Shown: positions 37,702 through 48,033 of the stretch, in pieces
Numbering within the stretch: the stretch's first letter is position 1
Layout: each line of letters opens with the position of its first letter
Assembly (NCBI GenBank): GCA_000995965.1
Contig: LBYD01000001.1
Location: 76,923 to 140,922, forward strand
Direction of reading: 5' to 3'
Source: Candidatus Moranbacteria bacterium GW2011_GWC2_40_12
GTDB taxonomy: Bacteria > Patescibacteriota > Minisyncoccia > Moranbacterales > UBA11712
DNA: 64,000 nt
Notes under the pieces: model-generated
Told to the model about the DNA's origin: nothing
The model's database searches: none
What the model saw: only the letters and a program-made list of their open reading frames with translations
Translations under genes and position numbers: made by a program

Positions 37702-39360
37702 TTAAAACGAATCAGAACGGATGTTTCTTGTGCTTACAATTATTGCCAGTCCAAACCAAAATATTCCCATAAAAAGTCCCGCGTTAAATAAATTCGGGAC
37801 GATCAAAGAAGTGATTCCTAAAACCGTGAAGACACTCATCGCTTTTTCGAAATCATCTTTCACTACTGGACAGCCGAAAAACCGGTTCATCGGACAAATC
37901 GGCGAGATGCGCCGGAAAGCATAAATAAAAAGGTAGCCAAAAACAGCTATAAACGCCATCAATCCCAAAATCCCGCTTCCCGCCCAAATCTGAAGAAAAA
38001 CGTTGCTTTCGTTGAGGCCGGCTCCCCGCTGGTCAACGCCTATTTTTTCGGTAATCGTTCCGTATCCTATGCCCAAGAGCGGCGATTTTTTGAGGATATT
38101 CCATGACTCTCGATAAATTTCGCTTCGAGTTCTCACGTTCGGGTCTTTTCGGAAAGTTTCGGCGACAATTTTTCCCCGCAATTTATAGAAATTTATTTCT
38201 TCCAGATTGATATGCCGGCAATTATATTTTGGAAGTTCGCCAATATCTTCAATTGAATCGGGAATATCCGCGCTGTTTTCGCAAGCAATCGTGATTTTCT
38301 GCTCGCTGGTGGCGGTTGAGCGCGCCCGGTCAAAAATATCGAATTTTGAAAGTTTGCCGAAATGAACCGCCAATAAGGATGCAATTATAATCGAAAATAT
38401 TATCGCCGATTCCCTCAAGAATCCTTTCCAGCCGCCGACATATTTGCTGACGGCGCCTGTCTTGCGCGACGGCGCTAGCGCGAGAAAATAAAAAGTTATG
38501 ACAACGGCCGCTCCGATCCAAGCTGAACGCGAAAGGGTCAATATGAGCAGCGTTATATCGAAAAAAATAAAAACATCCAAAAACAAAACAATGTATTGTC
38601 TCGAAATAAGCAGCATCCTCTTTGACCGGAGGAAATAAAATATCAACGCGAGAAAAACCGCCAGCGCGAAAACAAGATATATTCCCAGCCAGTCTGGTTC
38701 GGCAAATGTGGAATTTGGCCGTCCGAACATTATCTCGAAAGATTTCGCGCCCAATTTGTCGGAAAAAACCTGATAAAATCCGAATAATATTGTCGTCAGG
38801 AATGAGATCATCAAAAAAGCGGATGTTTTCGCGAGGTCTTCGCAGTTTCTCAAGAAATTGCGGACCAAAAAATATAAAGCGATAAAAGAAATCAAAATAA
38901 GATTATTTTTGAGGGAAATAGATTTGTTCGAAGCGCCTATCAGCGCCAAAAAACTGAGAGGAACCAATGTCAAAATCAGCCAATCGATCCAGTTTGGCTT
39001 CAAGAATTTGAAACCTATCCGTTTGGAGATAAAAAGGATTATCATTGCCAAAATCAATATTCCTGCCAAAAATTGATATGGCCGCAGTTGAAACGGAATA
39101 TAGTTTCCGGTCAGGATCACATTTTCAAGAGAAATGCTGCCCACGAAAAGAAAAAATATCCAGCGGGGGCGGTAGAGCGCGATTAGGAGAGCCACCAGAG
39201 ACAAAAAAACAAAGTCCCCTTTTCCGAGCGGCAATTTGTTTCCTGCCGAAAGGGCTGCGGCAACCAGGCTCAAGACAAAACCAAAAACCCAAACCCAGGC
39301 GAGTTCTCTTTTGAATATATTTTTTAAAATTTTTACTGTATTTTTCGTGTTAACCATCAT
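37702..39360 (-). CDS. O-antigen ligase / O-antigen polymerase-like membrane protein (Wzy_C domain)
   Basis: At least 11 TM helices. The motif LTLSRSAWIGAAVVITFYFLA is typical of the WaaL/Wzy_C periplasmic loop. Length is 552 aa. Confidence 0.6.
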   Translation of the reverse strand: MMVNTKNTVKILKNIFKRELAWVWVFGFVLSLVAAALSAGNKLPLGKGDFVFLSLVALLIALYRPRWIFFLFVGSISLENVILTGNYIPFQLRPYQFLAGILILAMIILFISKRIGFKFLKPNWIDWLILTLVPLSFLALIGASNKSISLKNNLILISFIALYFLVRNFLRNCEDLAKTSAFLMISFLTTILFGFYQVFSDKLGAKSFEIMFGRPNSTFAEPDWLGIYLVFALAVFLALIFYFLRSKRMLLISRQYIVLFLDVFIFFDITLLILTLSRSAWIGAAVVITFYFLALAPSRKTGAVSKYVGGWKGFLRESAIIFSIIIASLLAVHFGKLSKFDIFDRARSTATSEQKITIACENSADIPDSIEDIGELPKYNCRHINLEEINFYKLRGKIVAETFRKDPNVRTRSEIYRESWNILKKSPLLGIGYGTITEKIGVDQRGAGLNESNVFLQIWAGSGILGLMAFIAVFGYLFIYAFRRISPICPMNRFFGCPVVKDDFEKAMSVFTVLGITSLIVPNLFNAGLFMGIFWFGLAIIVSTRNIRSDSF

Positions 39361-39673
39361 TTTTTGAAATTCTCATTTCTAATCCTTCCATATTCTTCAG
39401 AAATGATTTCTCCAAGTCAATACCATAATTATTAGCTAGAACAAGAATACTCCACAAACAATCAGCTAACTCGTGTTCTAATTTTTCGTTTATATTTTTA
39501 ATATCTCGAATCCCCTCTTTAGCCATAACTAATTTCATGAGATCGCCAATGTCGCCCACGAATCCTTGGGCTATCTGGGCATTTGTCCATTTCTTGCCGT
39601 ATTTTTTCATTTCTAATTCTCCGTATTTTTCTCGAACTTCGACAGCTTTTTGAATAAGATCATTAAGTTCCAT
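39350..39673 (-). CDS. MazG-like nucleotide pyrophosphohydrolase (small all-alpha NTP-PPase)
   Basis: FVGDIGDL and EHELADCLWSILVLAN motifs are present. Length is 107 aa. Confidence 0.55.
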   Translation of the reverse strand: MELNDLIQKAVEVREKYGELEMKKYGKKWTNAQIAQGFVGDIGDLMKLVMAKEGIRDIKNINEKLEHELADCLWSILVLANNYGIDLEKSFLKNMEGLEMRISKNDG

Positions 39674-39684
39674 AAATTTCTAAA

Positions 39685-40812
39685 TCATTTCAAAATTATA
39701 TTCATAAATTTTTTCCAGCTGAATTTTTTGGACCGCTTTTTTCCTTTTTCCGAAAGATGGTGCTTGAGTTTGGGATTTTGGAGGATTTTTCCCATCACCC
39801 GGGCCATCTCTTCTTCGTCATACGGATTGAAATAGAGAACGGCGTCGCCTCCCACTTCCGGAAGTGATGACGTTTTGGAAACGGCTGCCGGTGTGCCCGA
39901 AGCCATCGCTTCAAGCGCCATAAGGCCGAAGCCTTCATAAAGGGACGGCAGGACGAACAATTCGCTTTGGCGATACAGCGCCGGCAGATCTTTTTGCTCG
40001 CAAAAACCGGTCAATACCGCGTCATTTTCAAGCCCCAGATCCTCGATTTCTTTTTTGACGTTTGTGAAAAGGGGGCTGTATTTTGATTTATCTTCTCCTC
40101 CCAGCACCATTTTCACGTCGTTTATTTCATATCTTTCTGTCAGCCTTTTATATGCTTTCAAAAGTCCGGAAACATTTTTCCGAAAATCAAATCCGCCGAC
40201 ATAGAAAATATAGCGGCCGAAAATTCCGTATTTTTCAAGAATTTTGTTGTCTTCGTCATGGTTTCCAGTCTGGAAAAATTCTTCATTGACGCTTGGGTGT
40301 GCTACTTTTATCTTTTTCTCCGGAACTTCAAGATATTTGTGAATATCTTTCTTCGACCACTCAGAAACAGTAAGTACTTCATCGGCGTGCCGAATAGATT
40401 GGTTTGAAAGATAAAAATATAATTTCTTGCGCCAGTTGTTGAGATATTCCGGGAAGACTTTCAAAATGAGATCGTGAACCAGCATTTTGTGGCGGATATT
40501 TTTCGAGAAATTCGTTGGGCATTGATAAAGCGAAATGAAGACATCACATCCGTCTTTTTTGGCCTTCCGAGGCAGAAGAAATTTTTCCCACCATATTTTT
40601 CGGAACAGATCGTCACGCCGCCAAAGCATCGGCAGAAAAACCCGCTTATGGAAATTTTTTGGAAGCTTCAAATCAATATCCTTTTCGAGATACAAAAAAT
40701 ACTCGTTTTTTTTCGAGCGGGATTTCAAAAGTTCTTGGATAAATCCATCGGTCACTTGACCAATACCGGTATCAATTTTTCTCAAAAATGAGGCGTTTAT
40801 CCCAATTTTCAT
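39685..40812 (-). CDS. GT4 (GT-B fold) glycosyltransferase
   Basis: LFVLPSLYEGFGLMALEAMASGTPAAVSKTSSLPEV is present. Start is at MKIGINASF. Confidence 0.75.
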   Translation of the reverse strand: MKIGINASFLRKIDTGIGQVTDGFIQELLKSRSKKNEYFLYLEKDIDLKLPKNFHKRVFLPMLWRRDDLFRKIWWEKFLLPRKAKKDGCDVFISLYQCPTNFSKNIRHKMLVHDLILKVFPEYLNNWRKKLYFYLSNQSIRHADEVLTVSEWSKKDIHKYLEVPEKKIKVAHPSVNEEFFQTGNHDEDNKILEKYGIFGRYIFYVGGFDFRKNVSGLLKAYKRLTERYEINDVKMVLGGEDKSKYSPLFTNVKKEIEDLGLENDAVLTGFCEQKDLPALYRQSELFVLPSLYEGFGLMALEAMASGTPAAVSKTSSLPEVGGDAVLYFNPYDEEEMARVMGKILQNPKLKHHLSEKGKKRSKKFSWKKFMNIILK

Positions 40813-40905
40813 ACCATAATTATCATACGACAAATATGGCATCAAGGCAAACTAAAAGCTCGATTTTTTCGGCCGGCTGTGGTATAGTGATTTTGTGGTT
40901 TTTTT

Positions 40906-42018
40906 ATGAAAATACTCTTTATTTCCCGGGCCTATCCCCCAATTCTAGGCGGGATAGAAAACCAGAATTTTGGAATCGGCAAAGCGCTTTCCGAAATTGC
41001 GACAACCAGGACAATTGCCAATAAATCAGGCAAAAAGAACCTGCCGTTTTTTTTGCCTTGGGTGGCTTTGAAAGTCCTTTTCATTCTTCCGGGGCACGAG
41101 GTTGTTCTTCTCGGAGACGGAGTTCTTTCGCCGCTGGCAGTTTTTTGGAAAATGTTTCACCGAAAAAAAAAATATATTTCGATTGTGCACGGGCTTGATA
41201 TCACTTTTGCGCACAAAAAATCGATTCTCGGAAGAATATACAGGGCGGTCAATATCCCCGCGCTCAAGAAACTCGATAGGCTAATCATGGTCGGCCAGGA
41301 AACGATTGCTGAAGCGCAGAAATTGGGAATCCCAGAGGAAAAATGCAAGTTTATTCCGAATGGATTCGATGCGGATGAAATAATCGCAAAAAAAACCAAA
41401 GAAGATTTGGAGAGATTGCTTGGGATGAATCTCAGCGGGAAAAAAGTAATATTTCGCGGCGGAAGATTCACGAAACATAAAGGCGTGGAATGGTTTATCC
41501 GGAATGTAATGCCGAAATTGCCGGAAAATTGTCTTTTTGTCGCAGCGGGCGGCGGAATCGCGAAAAAAACCGCGGGCGATGAAAATTATTTTCCAAAATG
41601 CGAAAAAGCCGTTCAGGATCTGGGACTGGAAAATCGGGTGAAACTGATGCTTAATCTGCCAAGGCCGCAAATAAAAATTCTTTTTAACGCGTGCGATTTG
41701 TATATTTCCCCGAATATAAAAGTCCCGGGATCTCTCGAAGGCTTTGGCATTACCGCCATTGAAGCGGCTGCTTGCGGAAGAGTCGTATTGGCGGCTGATC
41801 TTGAGGGACTCAAAGACGCCATAAAAAATGAGCAAAACGGATTTCTTCTCGAATCCGGGAAGGCCGATATGTGGGCGGATAAAATAAAAGATATTCTAGC
41901 AGATGATGATTTTCGCAATGATTTTGGGAAAAAAGCCAGCCAATTCACGATTGAAAATTATAGCTGGAACAAAATTGCTAAAAAATATCTGGAGGTTATT
42001 GAAAATACTTTTTCCTAA
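40906..42018 (+). CDS. GT4 (GT-B fold) glycosyltransferase
   Basis: MKILFISRAYPPILGGIEN is at the N-terminus. The later motif is ISPNIKVPGSLEGFGITAIEAAACGRVVLA. An extended -10 tgtgGTATAGT lies upstream. Confidence 0.75.
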   Translation: MKILFISRAYPPILGGIENQNFGIGKALSEIATTRTIANKSGKKNLPFFLPWVALKVLFILPGHEVVLLGDGVLSPLAVFWKMFHRKKKYISIVHGLDITFAHKKSILGRIYRAVNIPALKKLDRLIMVGQETIAEAQKLGIPEEKCKFIPNGFDADEIIAKKTKEDLERLLGMNLSGKKVIFRGGRFTKHKGVEWFIRNVMPKLPENCLFVAAGGGIAKKTAGDENYFPKCEKAVQDLGLENRVKLMLNLPRPQIKILFNACDLYISPNIKVPGSLEGFGITAIEAAACGRVVLAADLEGLKDAIKNEQNGFLLESGKADMWADKIKDILADDDFRNDFGKKASQFTIENYSWNKIAKKYLEVIENTFS

Positions 42019-42044
42019 TCTTCGAGATTAGGAATCGCCAACGT

Positions 42045-43928
42045 ATGATTTTAGACTTGACAAAACTTGTTCTGACTTTGCCGTTTGTCTTCGTTCTGCC
42101 CGGCTTTTTCCTTTTGCTGGCGATTTTTGGCTGGAAGTCAGCCTCTGGCGGATCAAAAATTTCCTTCTTCGAAAAAGCCGCTTTGGCAGTCCCAATGAGC
42201 GTGATCGCGGTTGATTTTCTGGTTCTGGCGCTCAACAGGCTGCGTATTTTTTTGAACGGGCCGGTGCTGATTGGGGCTATCATTGCTTTTTCGCTTCTTT
42301 GTTATATTGTTTTCCAATGGCGATTCGGGAAAAAAGCAAAAGCAAAGGATAAAAAGGAAGAAGATGCGGCCCAGAATTTTTTTGATTTTTCTTATTGGCA
42401 AGCCATATTCATCCTTCTTTCTCTTTTTTTGGCAATATTCATGCGGACGACTTATCTCTCCGACACGATTGTTCCGTCGTCGACTGACCTTGGCCATCAT
42501 ATGTTTTGGGTCCAGAAAATTGTTGACGCGGGAAGCCTTCCCGACTACGGGATGCCCGACTTTATTATTGGTGAGCATATTATTTTCGCGGTGATAAATC
42601 TCTTGAGCGGCGCGAGCCCGATGGGAGCCATGCCCGCCATTGTTCTTCTGCTTTTGAACATCATTGGAATTTTCACTTTGTCAATATTGGCCGGAAGAGT
42701 TTTTCGAAACCCGAAAACGGCGGCGATGATTTTCTTTGTCACGGGCGTTCTCTACGCAATCAATGCTCCCCAAGGGAAATACGTGAGCGGCGGCGTGGTT
42801 GGGAACATTATCGGCAATATGCTGATTCCGGTTGCTTTGTATTTTTTATATCGGGCGCTTTCCGAGAAAGATTCCGTCTTTGCCGGACTATTTCTTTTTT
42901 CGGCGGCCGGGCTTCTTTTCACCCATCATTTGTCCGCTTTTATCCTGATTTATTCGGTTGCCGCGATTGTTTTGGCATATCTCGCGCTCAATTTCACCAA
43001 ATCTTTCAAAATTGTTGGCGGCTGGTTCAGGATATTCCTGAAACCTTTTCCCATAGCGGTTTTTCTGCTGGTTATTTTTTATTTCCTGTTTGTTTTTACC
43101 CCTTCTTATTTCAACCCGGAGGCAGTTGCTCAAGCAACCGGCGAGCCGACAAAAATCACGAGATTCGGTCTCGGACTCGACCAATTGGAAACCAACGCTG
43201 GAAGCGCAAGGCTGATTCTCGGGACATTTGGCTTCGCACTTTTTTTTCTGGCGGCCAGGAGAAAAGAATACAAATTTAGCTTCGCTCTGTCTTGGGCCAT
43301 TGTGTTGCTTCTTATGAGCTGGAAGCCGGGGTGGCTTTATGTAAATATTCCGAGCGACCGGATCGGAAACTATCTTTTCCTTCCTTTCTCCCTGCTTGCG
43401 GCTTTTGGCATAGTCGAGCTGATGAAGCTCTTCAGAAAATCATCGACAAATTTTTTCTCAACCGCCTTGCTCTTTATTTTGCTGTTTTTCGCAATTACTG
43501 ACGGGCTCTCAGACAGCGCTGAGGCTTTCAAGTCGCGGCCTCAATTTCAGGAAGCGATGCAGACTTTTCATTCGGCCGACTATCTCGCCGAAAAATTAGA
43601 TTCTTCGCAGGATATATTGCTCAAGGATCATGTGAACATATACGGCGATTCGTGGTATAAATTATTCTTTATGAAAGATTATAAATACCCCTTGAGCCGC
43701 GGGAATTTGTCACGCTATGCTGATCCAACGAAGCCTAGGGAAACCTGTACGCGGGATATGATTTCCGAACCAGACTCCCTGGAAGGCCAGGCTTGTTTTT
43801 CCGAAACCGGAGTGAACTATGTCGCCCTCAACGCCCAGCTTGAAGGAAACAGTTTTGAAAAATATCCGGATTTTTCGAAAATATACAGTTCAAATTATTT
43901 ATCTATATTCAAAAGAAATATTCAATGA
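42045..43928 (+). CDS. Large polytopic membrane protein (about 14 TM), candidate GT-C-type glycosyltransferase or glycan polymerase of unknown family
   Basis: 627 aa with hydrophobic helices throughout. A conserved-looking loop TDLGHHMFWVQKIVDAGSLPDYGMPDFIIGEH is present. It is embedded among GT4 genes. Confidence 0.5.
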   Translation: MILDLTKLVLTLPFVFVLPGFFLLLAIFGWKSASGGSKISFFEKAALAVPMSVIAVDFLVLALNRLRIFLNGPVLIGAIIAFSLLCYIVFQWRFGKKAKAKDKKEEDAAQNFFDFSYWQAIFILLSLFLAIFMRTTYLSDTIVPSSTDLGHHMFWVQKIVDAGSLPDYGMPDFIIGEHIIFAVINLLSGASPMGAMPAIVLLLLNIIGIFTLSILAGRVFRNPKTAAMIFFVTGVLYAINAPQGKYVSGGVVGNIIGNMLIPVALYFLYRALSEKDSVFAGLFLFSAAGLLFTHHLSAFILIYSVAAIVLAYLALNFTKSFKIVGGWFRIFLKPFPIAVFLLVIFYFLFVFTPSYFNPEAVAQATGEPTKITRFGLGLDQLETNAGSARLILGTFGFALFFLAARRKEYKFSFALSWAIVLLLMSWKPGWLYVNIPSDRIGNYLFLPFSLLAAFGIVELMKLFRKSSTNFFSTALLFILLFFAITDGLSDSAEAFKSRPQFQEAMQTFHSADYLAEKLDSSQDILLKDHVNIYGDSWYKLFFMKDYKYPLSRGNLSRYADPTKPRETCTRDMISEPDSLEGQACFSETGVNYVALNAQLEGNSFEKYPDFSKIYSSNYLSIFKRNIQ

Positions 43929-43944
43929 GCGAAGCGAATACCAA

Positions 43945-43979
43945 ATTTTTGATTTTTGATTTTTGATTTTTGATTTTTG
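43945..43979 (+). repeat. Heptanucleotide microsatellite (ATTTTTG)5
   Basis: gATTTTTGATTTTTGATTTTTGATTTTTGATTTTTGc lies immediately upstream of tattataat and the ATG at 43991. Confidence 0.7.
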
Positions 43980-43990
43980 CATTTATTATA

Positions 43991-44353
43991 ATGTCCAGCA
44001 AAATAATCATCATCGCCACAATTATATTTCTCATCGTCAGTTTCTCGGTGCTTTTTGTCATCGAAACGAAAAATCACGACTATGATTACAAAAAATCGTG
44101 GAGCGTGGTTTATTTCGAAAATCCGCGGGATAATTCGCTTGATTTCACGATTGAAAACCACGAAGGCGAAAAATCAGAATATAACTATGAAATATCGATT
44201 GACGAAAAAAAAATATCCGACAACAAAATTGAAATTGAAAAGGGCGCCGTGCAGAAAATCTATCCGATTATAGATTTAGAAAAATCCGCTAGAGTCACAA
44301 TCGAAGTAACCGCGGATGATTTGAAGTATAGGATATATAAGAATATTCAATGA
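43991..44353 (+). CDS. Small N-terminally membrane-anchored protein (120 aa)
   Basis: TM is SKIIIIATIIFLIVSFSVLFVI, followed by a hydrophilic domain. The -10-like tattataat lies just upstream. Confidence 0.4.
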   Translation: MSSKIIIIATIIFLIVSFSVLFVIETKNHDYDYKKSWSVVYFENPRDNSLDFTIENHEGEKSEYNYEISIDEKKISDNKIEIEKGAVQKIYPIIDLEKSARVTIEVTADDLKYRIYKNIQ

Positions 44354-45486
44354 AACGAATTCTACTCCTCACCCGCCCGATTTGCCCGCCGTGGGACGAG
44401 GGCTCCAAAGATTTTGCCTACACTCTGGCGAAGCACGCCCGTGATTTTGAAGTGCACCTTTTGACTTTTGGGAAAGTAGCGGATCTTCCAGAAAGTGTGG
44501 TCCAACATTCGATTTATACGTCACCGAAGTGGGATTTTGGGCAAAAAGTGCGGGCGTACCTGTTTCTTGTCAGGGAATTTCTGATCAAGGGCGGAAAGGA
44601 CTATGATATTCTCCATTCTTTTTTCACGCCGACAAAACTGAATGTTTTCGCGCTGAAACTATGCCTTCGGAATAAAAAATTGAAAACCATCCAGACTCTG
44701 GCCACGCTTCGAGACGATATTTATAGCGACGAGCAAATAAAGAAAATTATCCACGCCGATCTTATCATCGCCTACTCCGACTACGCCAAAGAAAAGCTGG
44801 AAAAAATGGGATTCGGAAATGTGAAGCGAATCTATCCGGGAATTGACATCAATTTATTTTCCCCCGCTCCGAAAAATCCGGAACTGATGAAAAAATATGA
44901 GACAAGTGAAAGCGATTTTGTGATAAACTACACGGGAGAATACTTGCGGCTCGGGGATATGGACGACATCGCTCCCGTTTTTTCAGAGTTGTCGAAAGAA
45001 AACAAAAATTTCAAACTGCATCTGGCTGTCCGGGTGAAGAATCAGGCTGACGCGGAAAAAAAGGAAGAGGTGAAAAAAGAATTCAAAAAAGAAGGCGTGC
45101 TGGACAGGGTGGCTTTTCTGGATGACGGCGGATACACGATGGAGCAAATATATAATCTCTGCGACATTTCAATTTTTCCCGCCCGGACGATGGCCGGAAA
45201 ATTTGACATTCCTCTGGTTGTTCCGGAGGCGATGGCATGCGGGAAACCGGTGATCACCAGCAATATCCCAAGGCTCCGATATTTTTTGAATGATGAAAAC
45301 AGCCTTTTGATTGAACCGGGCGACCGAAGAGCGCTCAAAGACAATATCTTGTACCTTCATTCAAGTCCTGAAGCGCGCCGCGAGCTGGGCGACAAGGGAA
45401 TGGAATTTGCAAGGGAAAATTTTGACATAAAAAAAATAGTGAAAGAATACGAAGAAGTTTATGAAAATGTAATTAGTAATTCGTAA
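44350..45486 (+). CDS. GT4 (GT-B fold) glycosyltransferase
   Basis: GT-B C-terminal motif VVPEAMACGKPVITSNIPRLRYF is present. ATGA overlap with the upstream gene. Confidence 0.75.
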   Translation: MKRILLLTRPICPPWDEGSKDFAYTLAKHARDFEVHLLTFGKVADLPESVVQHSIYTSPKWDFGQKVRAYLFLVREFLIKGGKDYDILHSFFTPTKLNVFALKLCLRNKKLKTIQTLATLRDDIYSDEQIKKIIHADLIIAYSDYAKEKLEKMGFGNVKRIYPGIDINLFSPAPKNPELMKKYETSESDFVINYTGEYLRLGDMDDIAPVFSELSKENKNFKLHLAVRVKNQADAEKKEEVKKEFKKEGVLDRVAFLDDGGYTMEQIYNLCDISIFPARTMAGKFDIPLVVPEAMACGKPVITSNIPRLRYFLNDENSLLIEPGDRRALKDNILYLHSSPEARRELGDKGMEFARENFDIKKIVKEYEEVYENVISNS

Positions 45487-45487
45487 T

Positions 45488-46996
45488 TTGAAATGCGGAT
45501 ATTTGCGTTGTCTTGGTCACAGACTTATAATTGTTAATTGCTTTATGCAGGGTATCGAATCGCTATCAAAACACAAGAAAAAATTCCAGACGGACAAAAT
45601 GAAGGTCCCGGCGATTTTGCATTGTTCAGACGACCTTTTGCCAAATGAAAAAACTTTGCGGCAGCTTGAGAATACAGCTTCTCAAGAATATGTTTTTCAC
45701 CATGTCGCGGCCCTTTCCGACGTGCACGATAAAAAAGGACGCAAAAATCCGACCGGGACAGTCGTAGCCAGCGAAAAATACCTTTTACCGCAAATCAACG
45801 ATACGGCGCCCAATTGCGGTATGAGGCTTCTGAAAACCAATCTTACAGACTCGGATCTTTCGCCCGAAAATATTGATAAGTTGTTTAATGGCTTAATAAA
45901 AACAATCCCGACAAAGGCGTATGTCGGTACTCCAGTTCCCTATTCCCTTGTGGTCGACATTTGCCGAAACGGGCTTAGGTCAGTCACAAAATATTTCAAA
46001 ACACGAACAAAAAATGAAATTGAAAATACGTTCAAAAACGGAAATTTTTTCGACCAGGAAATAAGCAAAAAAGAAATAACCGACGCGATTCCGGAGCTAT
46101 TTTTGTGGATTGGGAAATTTCGTCTTGGAATTTTGGGAGCGGCGGGAAACCATTTTTTGGATCTCATGAAAATAACAGACATTATCGATAGTGACGTGGC
46201 GAGAAGATTCGGGCTTCAAAATGGACAATATATTTTCATGATGCACACGGGTTCGGGTCTTCTCGGGCAATATGCCTCATATCTCTATACTCCCAAAAAA
46301 AAGGAACATCTGAGCCAGCGAATTATTCTTGAACTTGGAAAATTATTTTGGCGTTCGGAGAAGAAAAAAATATATCGCGAGATTGCGAAAAAAATCTCTG
46401 CTTACAAAAATAAGGATGAATTTTTCGCCTATGATGCGGAAACTCCCGAAGGAAAAATGTTTTTGACGGCGCATCAAGCGGCGGGAAATCAGGGATTTGC
46501 AAATCGCAGCATTCTTACCCACAATCTTGACCAAACCATTGAAAAAGTTTTGGGGAAAAATCCAGAATTCGAACTCCTTTATGATTCCCCTCATATTTTT
46601 ATAAACCGGGAAAATCATTTTGGAAAAGATGTCAGGGTCCATCGCAACGGTGCTGTTCGGGCAATCGCCGGTGAGCCCGTTTTCATCCCTTCCTCAATGA
46701 GTACGCCGATGTATCTTGGCGTCGGCACAAACGAGAACGAATCAACTTTTTTTTCCGCGGGTCACGGCACCGGACGGCGCAAGAATCCCGAAAACGACAA
46801 GGCTGGCACAAAAGAAGAATTGTTTGCGAAAATGCAGAAGAGAAAAGTGAAATTGTATAACGCAAAATCAAAAGGTGTGGTTTTCCAGGACGCAAGTTAT
46901 TATAAGGATGTTGAGGAAGTGATCGCCGGCATGGAAGAAAACAAAATCGTGAAAAAAGTGGCGAAGATGGAGCCGGTGGCGGTGTTGATGTATTGA
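45488..46996 (+). CDS. rtcB: RtcB-family RNA 3-prime-phosphate ligase
   Basis: AALSDVHDKKG (PDxH), DTAPNCGMRL (CGM) and SAGHGTGR (HGAGR) are present. The start is uncertain: TTG at 45488 directly after the ATTCGTAAT motif, or ATG at 45545 or 45596. Confidence 0.7.
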   Translation: MKCGYLRCLGHRLIIVNCFMQGIESLSKHKKKFQTDKMKVPAILHCSDDLLPNEKTLRQLENTASQEYVFHHVAALSDVHDKKGRKNPTGTVVASEKYLLPQINDTAPNCGMRLLKTNLTDSDLSPENIDKLFNGLIKTIPTKAYVGTPVPYSLVVDICRNGLRSVTKYFKTRTKNEIENTFKNGNFFDQEISKKEITDAIPELFLWIGKFRLGILGAAGNHFLDLMKITDIIDSDVARRFGLQNGQYIFMMHTGSGLLGQYASYLYTPKKKEHLSQRIILELGKLFWRSEKKKIYREIAKKISAYKNKDEFFAYDAETPEGKMFLTAHQAAGNQGFANRSILTHNLDQTIEKVLGKNPEFELLYDSPHIFINRENHFGKDVRVHRNGAVRAIAGEPVFIPSSMSTPMYLGVGTNENESTFFSAGHGTGRRKNPENDKAGTKEELFAKMQKRKVKLYNAKSKGVVFQDASYYKDVEEVIAGMEENKIVKKVAKMEPVAVLMY

Positions 46997-47088
46997 AAAA
47001 TGTCTTGTATCCGGTTTTAGTATTTTTAAAAAAAGAGCCATGCAGACGGATTTATGCGCGTGGCATGGCTTCTAGGCGAAAGATGACA

Positions 47089-47322
47089 TTAAAATAATTG
47101 TGTCTGTTTGTGGGCTGCACGCGTCAGACTCTTGTGCAGATCCGGATGATATTCAAGCCTTCGGGCTAATTTAGCCGCTGCTTTCAGCTTGCAGATGCTT
47201 GGATGGTCGACGGCTTCCTTGATTTGCCTGAGAATGGCAAGTCTTGCCATATTATCCTCATGTTGTATGGCACCCTCGATAAACCGATTGATATTCTCAC
47301 TCAGACATTCAACAATTTTCAC
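47089..47322 (-). CDS. Hypothetical small protein (77 aa), GTG start
   Basis: Strong SD AGGAGGG lies 7 nt upstream of the GTG. Confidence 0.4.
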   Translation of the reverse strand: MKIVECLSENINRFIEGAIQHEDNMARLAILRQIKEAVDHPSICKLKAAAKLARRLEYHPDLHKSLTRAAHKQTQLF

Positions 47323-47393
47323 TTGATGTCCCTCCTGAATTATTTGATGTTATCTTTGATTAACAAGAATAAAATAATTTATTTTATTTGTCA

Positions 47394-47972
47394 ATGCCAA
47401 AATTCATCACCTTCTCCGGACTTGACGGCTCCGGGAAATCGACCCAAATTGAACTTTTGAAGAAATATCTTGAAGAACAAGGCAAGACTTTTTTCTATTT
47501 CCACGCGGTGGAGTTTTCAATCGGCAAAGTAACCTGTCGAGGTTTCACCTCGACAAAAAATAAAAGTGTGATAAAGGCCAATTGGCTGCAAATTCAGTTG
47601 CGCAAAATCGCGCTTTTGATTGATATGTTTAGGTTTTTTAGGTTGCTTAAGATACTCAGGGTTGATTATATCATTTCCGACCGGTATTTTTTTGACAGCG
47701 TAGTGAATATTCTGTTTTTAGAAAAGCGTAGACATCCGACGTCTAAGAATTTATGCGCGGAAAAATATATTCCCAAACCCGATTTCGCTTTCTATATCGA
47801 GGTTAAACCGGAAGCGATCATGCAGCGCGAGCGAAAACCGGATCAGGGAATTGAATATTTGGTAGCGAAAGAGAAAATATTTGCTGATAAAATCAAAGAC
47901 TGGAATTTGATTGTAATCAACGGGGAGAAAGATAAAGAAGAAATCCATCAGCAAGTAATTAGTAATTTGTAA
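47394..47972 (+). CDS. tmk: Thymidylate kinase
   Basis: The P-loop is FSGLDGSGKST. The DRY motif appears as ISDRYFFDS. Confidence 0.75.
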   Translation: MPKFITFSGLDGSGKSTQIELLKKYLEEQGKTFFYFHAVEFSIGKVTCRGFTSTKNKSVIKANWLQIQLRKIALLIDMFRFFRLLKILRVDYIISDRYFFDSVVNILFLEKRRHPTSKNLCAEKYIPKPDFAFYIEVKPEAIMQRERKPDQGIEYLVAKEKIFADKIKDWNLIVINGEKDKEEIHQQVISNL

Positions 47973-48033
47973 TTGGTAATTAGGATTTTATTTTTTTATC
48001 CCAATTACTAATTGCTAGTTACAAATTACAAAA

